The notes beneath the pieces are model-generated. The model ran no database searches. It was not told the DNA's origin and worked only from the letters and a program-made list of their open reading frames with translations. This document shows, one piece after another, positions 8,808 through 17,374 of a stretch of DNA of 64,000 bases (the stretch's first letter is position 1; each line of letters starts with the position of its first letter). The translations under genes were made by a program, and so were the position numbers. Location of the stretch: assembly GCA_034928015.1 (NCBI GenBank), contig JAYFPF010000036.1, positions 15,669 to 79,668 on the forward strand. The letters run 5' to 3'. Origin of the DNA: Paludibacter sp. (GTDB lineage Bacteria > Bacteroidota > Bacteroidia > Bacteroidales > Paludibacteraceae).

Positions 8808-11243
8808 ATGAAAAAAACAAATAAAGTTACATTTTTCTCTTTAATTTGTCTATTGTTTGTTGCCTCCCTGTCAGCCCAAAAAACACCCAAGCCGGTCGTC
8901 TTCTATCTCCAGAACCTCCCTCAGGAGCGAATAGGAACAGAAACCGACGCGGTTATCATTGATAGTCTGCAAAAACAGAACTTTTGGGTGATCCCTGTAG
9001 ATTGCAGTAGTTTTCCAAAAACCTCACCAGAACTGGAAGACTATCTGGTCACATTCCATAAAGCCAGTCCGGCATTGTTGGCAACCTATGCTACTGCAAC
9101 AGAGGAGGCTGATTTGGATAATATCTATTATGTTCCGGAGGGTCATATACTACAACATAAAATTCCAATCTGGAACATTCTCGATCATGGAGTCGACGGA
9201 CTGATAAACCGCATCATGGATACATGGAATAAAGAAATTGTGGAAACATTCGGAGTGCAACCTGTTACCAGTCCCGAACAAATGTATGATAAACATGGAA
9301 ACCCGATTGATTACAACATGTATATGGATTTGGTTTATCCGAGTGGATCGCCGCTGAAAGATGTGCCGTTAGTCATTAATTTTTCCTCGAATTCACCCCG
9401 GCAAAAACCATTTAACCCTACAGGAACCAATGAAGTAGTATACCGCAATATATACCCGTTTGGTTTTCTGACAACCGGTTATGCATGGGCCAATGTGGAT
9501 CATTGTTATAATCCGTTGGCCAGAGCAGATGTTTGGACATATTTCGACAGGTATACACTTGAAGATTGGGCGGGTCACGCATTGGTTACTGCTTATGTGC
9601 GTTATATCAATACCCATCTGAATGACTATAATCTGAACGGAAAAATAGGAACTATGGGTATTTCGAAAGCATCGTACAGTTCTGTCCGTATTGCCAATAC
9701 TAAGAATGCTGATGGCAGAGAACATTTCTTGTACGGAGGGGTAGAAAATACAAAACCACAGCCCTGGCCGGGTGTGCCAAGCACGGTTGATGTAGCTTAT
9801 GCTGCTGCCGGTAATGGTACACGTCGTGTAAATACCTATGTAGATAAGTTTACGGTGCCTATGATTACTTCTGCGGGATCAAAAGATCAGTATAATCAAT
9901 GGGATGTATATCCTGAAGTTGTGAAAAGATTTAATGAACTTGATAATAAACACCTGGCATTCTGGATGGAAGACCTTGGACATACTTATCCTGGCCTTGG
10001 AACAGATCTGGCAACCGGTGAAAATCGTTATAAATTATTCAAAACATACTTTGATAATTATCTCAAAGCATCTGTAACGGATCCGCTGAAAGTGTTTTAT
10101 ATTTATCCGAAAGAGAACGCAACTGAAGTTGATACGGATGGTTTAACGCGTATCCTTATTCATGACGGTGTTTTACCTGCTGCCATGCTTGGCTTGACTC
10201 CGTATGCTCCGATTACGGTAAGATTCCTGTCAGAAATTGATTCAGTAGCTTTTGTCCAGCATGTGAAAATATATCATAAAGCATCGAATGTTGAGGTCGC
10301 AGGTACGTGGAAACCCAAAACGGGTAATACAACTTATGAATTTACGCCGGCATCGGATATGATAAAAAATGAGGTATACAGAATTGTTGTTTCCGCAGAA
10401 CTGCAAAATATATCCGGACAAAAAATGGAGAATGAGGTTGTACGTGATTTTACAATAACCAAAGAAGGACAGGAAGATGTTGAAACCGAAAGTTTAGTGA
10501 TTGCTCCCACGGATGATACTTACCAGAAGACATCTCTGGGGACGACTGCCTATGGCGCTCAGAATACCATGCGTGTACGCTACAGTCCCTATGGCGATTG
10601 GCGTTTCGATGGTTATATCAAATTTAATATTGCCGGGCTTGATGCAAGTAAAATTAAGTCGGCAAAGTTGAAACTGTCTTCCTCAACAACGCTTACGGGA
10701 GAGCCGGTTTCTCTGACTGTCTTTAAAACAACCACCGAATGGACGGAGTCGACCTTATTGTCGGCAAACAAACCAACGATTGTGGGGAGTGGATTGGATG
10801 TGGTAAATTTTACAGGTACTGAATTATGGACCAGTTTTGATGTGACTAATCAGTTGAAATCCGATATTGTTGATTCACAGACTGAGATTAGTTTTCTGAT
10901 ACGCGCGGCAACAGGAGGAAGTACTGAAAATGTTTACTTTAACACCAAGGAAGCTGAAAATGAAGTACTCAGGCCGGTGCTGGTTGTGGAGGAAATTGTA
11001 CCTGCAACAGCTGTTCCGCAGCAAGTCCCGGATGAGTTATATGTCACAGTCATGAATGAGAAGTTATATGTAACCAACGCCGGAGAGGCTGTTGTGACTA
11101 TTTTCTCATTATCAGGTAAAGCATTACTTTCTGAAACACTGTCAGGCAAATTATATGTCGATCTTTCAAATATTCCGGATGGAGTGTATATTGTGTCGGT
11201 AGCTAATGCCGGGCAGCGAAAGATGTTGAAAATTGTCCGCTGA
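8808..11243 (+). CDS. T9SS cargo: putative alpha/beta-hydrolase (esterase) + Ig-like (Big_5-type) + DNRLRE/CBM96-like + CTD
   Basis: Signal SLSA|Q; nucleophile-elbow-like GTMGISKAS, then AGSKDQY and DLGHTYP; Ig-like YPKENATEV...FTPASDM...YRIVV; PTDDTY...YIKFNI...FNTKE...PVLVV; CTD GVYIVSV...KIVR. Confidence 0.68.
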   Translation: MKKTNKVTFFSLICLLFVASLSAQKTPKPVVFYLQNLPQERIGTETDAVIIDSLQKQNFWVIPVDCSSFPKTSPELEDYLVTFHKASPALLATYATATEEADLDNIYYVPEGHILQHKIPIWNILDHGVDGLINRIMDTWNKEIVETFGVQPVTSPEQMYDKHGNPIDYNMYMDLVYPSGSPLKDVPLVINFSSNSPRQKPFNPTGTNEVVYRNIYPFGFLTTGYAWANVDHCYNPLARADVWTYFDRYTLEDWAGHALVTAYVRYINTHLNDYNLNGKIGTMGISKASYSSVRIANTKNADGREHFLYGGVENTKPQPWPGVPSTVDVAYAAAGNGTRRVNTYVDKFTVPMITSAGSKDQYNQWDVYPEVVKRFNELDNKHLAFWMEDLGHTYPGLGTDLATGENRYKLFKTYFDNYLKASVTDPLKVFYIYPKENATEVDTDGLTRILIHDGVLPAAMLGLTPYAPITVRFLSEIDSVAFVQHVKIYHKASNVEVAGTWKPKTGNTTYEFTPASDMIKNEVYRIVVSAELQNISGQKMENEVVRDFTITKEGQEDVETESLVIAPTDDTYQKTSLGTTAYGAQNTMRVRYSPYGDWRFDGYIKFNIAGLDASKIKSAKLKLSSSTTLTGEPVSLTVFKTTTEWTESTLLSANKPTIVGSGLDVVNFTGTELWTSFDVTNQLKSDIVDSQTEISFLIRAATGGSTENVYFNTKEAENEVLRPVLVVEEIVPATAVPQQVPDELYVTVMNEKLYVTNAGEAVVTIFSLSGKALLSETLSGKLYVDLSNIPDGVYIVSVANAGQRKMLKIVR

Positions 11244-11311
11244 AACACAGGAGAGGATTCAGGTCTATTGTAGTGAATTCCGGTTCTGCCGGGTAATTTT
11301 TAAATTGTTGT

Positions 11312-14005
11312 ATGAAGGCATTTTTTTATTTCAAAATAAAATTATTATTGGTTGTTTGCTTGATCGGGATATCCAATAATTTTTATGCTCAATCCACAGC
11401 TTTGTTGTTGGATGATAATTTCGACTATGCTGAAGACTCCGATTTAGTGGGACAGAATGGTTGGGTTTTGGGAACAGCCGGCACAAACAAAGTTACCATA
11501 TCAACAATGGGCTTAAGTTATCCGGGATATCCGGACTCGGATACAGGTCTGGCTGCCGCTTTTAATCCGTTGAGCGACCGTGTTCAGAAGAGTTTTACAG
11601 GAACCCTCAATAACAGCTATTTTTACGCTTTTCTGATTCGTGTAAATTCAGTTGGTACAGGTGATTTTTTCGCTGGCTTTTTTAGCGGAAATGCTTTCAG
11701 AGGAAGGGTTTATTTAAAAGCTGACGGAAATGGATTTCAGTTTGGGTTGGTTAAAACTACAACCGGAACGGTTACTTACACTACGGGTGCTCCTTTTTCG
11801 TTCGGAACAACCTATTTAGTGGTAGTGAAATATGATTTTATCGCAGGCAGTGGAAATGATGAGGTAAGTTTATTTATCAATCCTGATTTAAATGCAAATA
11901 ATCCGGGAAGTCCGGTCATTGGTCCTTTAACAGATACCGGAAATGATGTCTCTGCGAATGTTTTTGCAATTCAGGGAAGGACTAATGCAGGAAGTTTCAG
12001 CTTGGACGGTTTGCGGATTGCTACAACTTGGAATGCAATCAAAGGAACCGATTTCGAAAATCATTACCTGGAATTACCCCGGTTTATTAGTTCGGATATG
12101 GTAATTCAGCGTGACACTCCATTAAAACTGAGAGGTTGGGCTGTTGCCGGAGACACGGTGTTGGTTGAGTTTATAAGACAAAATAGGGTAGTTAAAGATT
12201 CGGTTGAGGTTAATGCAGATGGCCGGTGGGAAGTTCAACTTCCCGCTCAGGCCGTTTCTGTTGAGCCGTGTCGCCTGAAATTCAGCCTTAAAGGTTATCC
12301 GGAAACGTTTCAGCAACTTGAAAATATCCTGATTGGCGATGTGTGGTTAGCAGGAGGTCAGTCGAATATGGAGAAGAAAGTCAACCATCTGCTGGAAGCT
12401 GAAGATTATATCAGGGAAGCTGATGATTTTCCGAATATACGTGCTTTCAGAGCCAGCTATAATGCATTGGCAGAACCTTCGGAAAAGGTGAATGCGGGTT
12501 CTGCACCCTGGATTGTTTGTAATAGCCTGAAAGTAGCCGACAATGTATCGGCGGTAGCATACGTATTTGCCCGGGAGATTTATGAAAAAACAGGTATTCC
12601 TGTCGGCATTATGCAGGCATACCGGGGAGGAACCGAACTGGAAACATGGTTAAGTCCCTGGAAACTTGCCGAACCTGAGTATTGTAAAATTGCAGGAAGA
12701 AATGATTTTCTGGATGCGGGAAACAGTGCAAACGCACATTCAGTTAATTTTAACGGACAGGTTAATCCTCTGAAAGGTTTTCCCCTGAAAGGCTTTATCT
12801 GGTACCAGGGAGAAAGCAATACAAAGCGACCGAATGAATATCGCTATATGATGAAAATGCTCATAGAGGATTGGCGGACTTTATGGAATCAGGGAGATCT
12901 ACCGTTTTATTACGTTCAGATGTTTAATGTATCGGCGCCTGCTGTTTACGAAGAGGCGACATGGGCTGATTTGCGGGAACAACAAAACTTTTTGTTGTAT
13001 GATAAAACAGTGCCGAATACCGGTATGGCTGTAATTATCGACACGAACGAAGAAGCGCTTAATCCGGATGATGATATCCGCATGCATCCCAGGAATAAAA
13101 AAGTGGTTGGAATCAGGTTGGCAAATATTGCATTGAAGGATACCTACGGCTTTGAATTGCTGGCAGAAGGACCAGTGCTGAACAGGTACAGGATATCGAA
13201 TGACTCGGTTTACTTGTATTTTAAAAATACAGGTGAAGGATTGAAAATAAAAACCGGAGATGCTGAATTACAGGGATTTGTTGTAAGCGGTACAGATAAA
13301 AAATTTAAACCGACAGAAGCTACTATATTGAATGATAGTACAGTCGCATTAAGAAGTACACAGGTTTCTCAACCTGTTGCCGTAAGGTATGGGTGGGCAC
13401 GTAATCCGGTTTGCAATTTGTATAATGCTGTGGATATTCCTGCTACTCCTTTCAGAACTGACGGATGGAAACTGAGTTCATATACAGAGCCGCAATCCTC
13501 CTGCCCGGCGCAAACAGGCAATTCGAAACTGGTGGCTGTAATAATTAATGGTATGCCTTTGCAGGATTTTAATCCAGAACAGTTCACTTATAACATAGCC
13601 TCCGGCATAACTGCGGATAAAGCAGATGTTTTAGCAATAGCCGACAGTCCGTTTGCAGAGGTGTCGGTTTCCGGTCCGGAACAAGAGAATACAATTCTGA
13701 TTACTGTTACTTCCGAAGATGCCTCCCGGAGTGTGTATGAACTGACTTTCGACAGAAATACAGGTTTTTATGAAAATACAAAAGGAAAATGGACAATAAT
13801 GATGAGTGAAGAAGGGATGATTGTAAAAAATAACTCAGGAGAAGCATTATCTTTGAAAATGTTTAATCCGGCCGGACAATGTTTGTCGGTTGACCGTTTA
13901 GAAGGAAATGGAGAAAAAAAATATAATCTGCCGAAAGGTGTTGTTTTTCTTGATATAACTGATTCTTCAGGTAGGCCTCAAACGATAAAATATTTAATTA
14001 AATAA
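11312..14005 (+). CDS. T9SS cargo: uncharacterised N-terminal domain + sialate-O-acetylesterase-like SGNH esterase + cadherin-like + CTD
   Basis: SDMVIQRD, GDVWLAGGQSNME, FIWYQGESN, MHPRNKK, AVRYGW...NLYN...PATPFRTD; CTD-like end. Confidence 0.85.
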   Translation: MKAFFYFKIKLLLVVCLIGISNNFYAQSTALLLDDNFDYAEDSDLVGQNGWVLGTAGTNKVTISTMGLSYPGYPDSDTGLAAAFNPLSDRVQKSFTGTLNNSYFYAFLIRVNSVGTGDFFAGFFSGNAFRGRVYLKADGNGFQFGLVKTTTGTVTYTTGAPFSFGTTYLVVVKYDFIAGSGNDEVSLFINPDLNANNPGSPVIGPLTDTGNDVSANVFAIQGRTNAGSFSLDGLRIATTWNAIKGTDFENHYLELPRFISSDMVIQRDTPLKLRGWAVAGDTVLVEFIRQNRVVKDSVEVNADGRWEVQLPAQAVSVEPCRLKFSLKGYPETFQQLENILIGDVWLAGGQSNMEKKVNHLLEAEDYIREADDFPNIRAFRASYNALAEPSEKVNAGSAPWIVCNSLKVADNVSAVAYVFAREIYEKTGIPVGIMQAYRGGTELETWLSPWKLAEPEYCKIAGRNDFLDAGNSANAHSVNFNGQVNPLKGFPLKGFIWYQGESNTKRPNEYRYMMKMLIEDWRTLWNQGDLPFYYVQMFNVSAPAVYEEATWADLREQQNFLLYDKTVPNTGMAVIIDTNEEALNPDDDIRMHPRNKKVVGIRLANIALKDTYGFELLAEGPVLNRYRISNDSVYLYFKNTGEGLKIKTGDAELQGFVVSGTDKKFKPTEATILNDSTVALRSTQVSQPVAVRYGWARNPVCNLYNAVDIPATPFRTDGWKLSSYTEPQSSCPAQTGNSKLVAVIINGMPLQDFNPEQFTYNIASGITADKADVLAIADSPFAEVSVSGPEQENTILITVTSEDASRSVYELTFDRNTGFYENTKGKWTIMMSEEGMIVKNNSGEALSLKMFNPAGQCLSVDRLEGNGEKKYNLPKGVVFLDITDSSGRPQTIKYLIK

Positions 14006-14007
14006 AA

Positions 14008-16155
14008 ATGAATTGTACAAAAAAGAATTTAGTTGTAGTAGTATTTGGCTTTTTGTTCCCGGTTTTGTTGTCGGCACAAAATGATTATCAAACCATTCAG
14101 ACGAAGAGTTCCTATTCCGGTAGCTGGACTACCCGTCAGGCTAAATTAGTCGGCCTGGTTCCCGGTTTCGAAAGCAAGGCGGATGGAGCGGATGATTTTA
14201 CCCGGTATGGTACTTACAAATATCTGAGAACAGACTCGACGGGATTTTTCTATGTAAAGAAAATTGACGGCAGATGGTGGATGGTTGATCCTGAAGGTTA
14301 TGCCGGTATCAACATGGCTGTGACGAGTTTTAGCTCAGCGAATATACAAAACGATTATGATATTACCAGACGTTTGGGATATAATGGCTCCGGAAATTTC
14401 TTAGCCAGCGAGAGTCAGACTAAGTCAGGTTACAACCTTCAGAATTATGCGAACTTTTCTTTTACACGGCGACTTAATTTTTTCCTCAGTTATAAAAATG
14501 TAAGAAAGAATTACTATACGACACCAACGTCTGTACAGGGCAGCCTGGATCATATTCTTGTACTTGATCCGCAGTTTGAGATATACTGCGATAATCTGGC
14601 CAATACCAATGTAACTCCCTTTGCAGAAGAAAGAGATTTGCTTGGATGGTTTACCGACAATGAAATTAACTTCAACCAGGACCAGTTGCGCAATCTGGTT
14701 AAAGATTTACCGGCTGGAGATCCAAGCAGGAATGCAACCTTAGCATGGGCAGCTCAAAAGGGCCTCAGCGAATCGGATTGTATCAATTATACATCGAAAG
14801 TGACCGAAGCGTTGAAACAGGAGTTTGCCGCTTATCTCGCAGAACATTATTTTAAAGTTGTTGCGGCCGCTATCCGGAAATATGACCCAAACCATCTGAT
14901 TCTCGGAAGTCGCTTTCATGGTCGTCCGAGGGCTATTCCGGCAGTAGTGGCAGCATCTCATAGATATATGGACGTTACTTCCGTTAACTTTTACGACCGG
15001 TGGTCGCCAAATGAACAGATCGCGGCAACTTCCTGGACTGAGGATAAACCCTGTTTAGTGGGAGAATTCTATATTAAAGATATAAATACACAGCCGGGTA
15101 CGCAGTCGGGCGCCGGTTGGTATGTCAACTCTCAGGTACACAGAGGGTATTTTTATCAGAATACTTGTATTGAGTTGCTGAAAAATAAGAATTATATAGG
15201 TTGGCACTATTTCCGTTTCAAGGATGATGATGACGGTTCGAATAAAGGCATTGTGAGCAACGCGCTGGTTGAATATACAGATATGACCGGCTACATGGAA
15301 GAACTGAACAAACAGGTGTACAGGCTTATTGATCATTTTGACGGGATAAATCGCAGACCTGATGTGGAGACCAGAGCTTATACTGTTGAAGCGGTGGCCG
15401 ATACTTATGTAATTCCCGGTACTACGAATACGGCTAACTTTGCATCTTCAACAGAATTGGAAATCCGCCATCACGCAACAGAAGCAAATCGCCGTGAAGC
15501 GTTTCTGAAATTTGATTTATCATTATTGAGATCAAAACTCCCGAAGTTGAAAAATGCCCTTTTGGAGGTTAGCTGTATCCAGACAGATGAGTCGGCAAGG
15601 GCGCTATTCGCATCCGGAATCAGTGATGTGTCATGGGAAGAGTCGACATTGACGGGGGCAGTGCGTCAGACCAATAACGACTGGCGCCTCGGTTACAACA
15701 GGTTGTCGTTTCTGAAAGGAATAGTTCCTCAGGAGAAACTTGTATTCGACGTAACAGGATGGATTTATGATCAGCCATATCAGGAAAATGTATCATTTAA
15801 AATTCATGATCTGAATGCTACGGGTTCAGCCCTGAAAATTGCTTCCCGGGAGCATGCTGACGTTAATTTACATCCGAAACTGATACTGACATTTTGGGAT
15901 GATTCAACCGATATTCCGACTTTTAATGAAAAAAATAATGCATTCAGTTTTTTTCCTAATCCGGTGCGTGATGAACTTTATATCAGAGGAGATGATTTTG
16001 CAAAAGCTGAATTGTTAACAATAAAGGGAGAAAAACTGTTGAGTACACATGAAAGCAGGATCAATGTCTCGGGATTTCAGAACGGGATTTATTTGTTGAG
16101 TGTATTATGCAATAACGGAAAAACGTCTTTCTATAAACTGAGTATTGTTAATTAA
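14008..16155 (+). CDS. T9SS cargo: GH50-like hydrolase + DNRLRE/CBM96-like + CTD
   Basis: GRWWMVDPEG, GWFTDNEINF, CLVGEFY, GWHYFRFKDD; VADTYV...RREAFLKFDLS...IASRE...PKLIL; CTD FPNPVRDELYI...GIYLL. Confidence 0.8.
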   Translation: MNCTKKNLVVVVFGFLFPVLLSAQNDYQTIQTKSSYSGSWTTRQAKLVGLVPGFESKADGADDFTRYGTYKYLRTDSTGFFYVKKIDGRWWMVDPEGYAGINMAVTSFSSANIQNDYDITRRLGYNGSGNFLASESQTKSGYNLQNYANFSFTRRLNFFLSYKNVRKNYYTTPTSVQGSLDHILVLDPQFEIYCDNLANTNVTPFAEERDLLGWFTDNEINFNQDQLRNLVKDLPAGDPSRNATLAWAAQKGLSESDCINYTSKVTEALKQEFAAYLAEHYFKVVAAAIRKYDPNHLILGSRFHGRPRAIPAVVAASHRYMDVTSVNFYDRWSPNEQIAATSWTEDKPCLVGEFYIKDINTQPGTQSGAGWYVNSQVHRGYFYQNTCIELLKNKNYIGWHYFRFKDDDDGSNKGIVSNALVEYTDMTGYMEELNKQVYRLIDHFDGINRRPDVETRAYTVEAVADTYVIPGTTNTANFASSTELEIRHHATEANRREAFLKFDLSLLRSKLPKLKNALLEVSCIQTDESARALFASGISDVSWEESTLTGAVRQTNNDWRLGYNRLSFLKGIVPQEKLVFDVTGWIYDQPYQENVSFKIHDLNATGSALKIASREHADVNLHPKLILTFWDDSTDIPTFNEKNNAFSFFPNPVRDELYIRGDDFAKAELLTIKGEKLLSTHESRINVSGFQNGIYLLSVLCNNGKTSFYKLSIVN

Positions 16156-16166
16156 ACACAAATAGC

Positions 16167-17372
16167 ATGAGAAACAGCATTATAAGCTTGTTGATTATAG
16201 TATGCTCCTCTGTTGTCTCAGGTCAGGACACATTGCAGCTTCCTCCGCTTTTGAGATTTAATGACGGCTCAGAAGTGAAATCTGTACGTGATTGGGAGAA
16301 ACGTAGAAAAGAAATTCGTTCCATCTTTGAGAATGAGGTGTATGGAACAGCTCCGGTTGTACCAAAGAATATTAAGTTCAGGATAGTGCAGGAGGATAAA
16401 AATGCGTTGAATGGAAAAGCAACCAGAAGATTAGTCAACCTTTATTTGAACAAACTGTCCAATCCGGTTGAACTCCTGATTTATTATCCGAATAAACCAG
16501 GCAGAGTGCCGGCGTTTTTAGGATATAACTTTTGGGGAAACTATACGATAACCAACGAAAAAGAAGTGCCCCTTACATCTCTATGGGTTCCAGACCGGGA
16601 AAAAGAAACAGATAACAGAGCAAAAGAAACAATGCGGGGAATCAGGACAAATCGCTGGCCTGTGGAAATGATTGTTGATGCCGGATATGCGCTGGTAACT
16701 CTTTATAGCGGGGATATAGACCCAGATTATGATGATGGTTTCGACAATGGTGTACATGCAATTTATAAAAAAGAAAAATATACATGGGGGACAATTGCAG
16801 CCTGGTCGTGGGGACTCCGTTGTGTGATGGGCTATCTCGAAAAAGATGATAAAATTAACAGTGAAAAGGTGGCGGTTATAGGTCATTCCCGGTTGGGGAA
16901 AGCTGCTTTGTGGGCAGGAGCGACAGATGAAAGATTTGCGCTCGTTATTTCGAATAATTCAGGTTGTGGTGGTGCTGCTTTGTCACGTAGAAAGCAGGGC
17001 GAAACTTTTACGGCGATTAATACACGTTTTCCATATTGGTTCTGCAACAATTTTAAAAAGTATAACGACAAAGAAGAACTACTCCCTGTTGATCAGCATC
17101 AACTCATTGCTTTGATGGCTCCCCGGCCGGTTTATGTCGCCAGTGCCGATAAGGATGCCTGGGCTGATCCTGAAGGAGAATTTATGAGCGCCCTGCTGGC
17201 AGGAGATGTTTATCGCTTGTACGGATTAAAAGATATTGGGCAGAAGACAATGCCCGAGGTGGAGGTCCCTTTGCAGAACGGACATGTAGCGTATCACATC
17301 CGTTCCGGAAAACATGATATTACCCGGTACGACTGGCAACAATATATATTGTTTGCAAATAAACGGTTATAG
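16167..17372 (+). CDS. CE15 family (glucuronoyl-esterase-like) carbohydrate esterase
   Basis: CE15 signature VIGHSRLGK; SNNSGCGGAAL, LPVDQHQLIALMAPRP, WADPEGEF. Confidence 0.85.
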   Translation: MRNSIISLLIIVCSSVVSGQDTLQLPPLLRFNDGSEVKSVRDWEKRRKEIRSIFENEVYGTAPVVPKNIKFRIVQEDKNALNGKATRRLVNLYLNKLSNPVELLIYYPNKPGRVPAFLGYNFWGNYTITNEKEVPLTSLWVPDREKETDNRAKETMRGIRTNRWPVEMIVDAGYALVTLYSGDIDPDYDDGFDNGVHAIYKKEKYTWGTIAAWSWGLRCVMGYLEKDDKINSEKVAVIGHSRLGKAALWAGATDERFALVISNNSGCGGAALSRRKQGETFTAINTRFPYWFCNNFKKYNDKEELLPVDQHQLIALMAPRPVYVASADKDAWADPEGEFMSALLAGDVYRLYGLKDIGQKTMPEVEVPLQNGHVAYHIRSGKHDITRYDWQQYILFANKRL

Positions 17373-17374
17373 TC

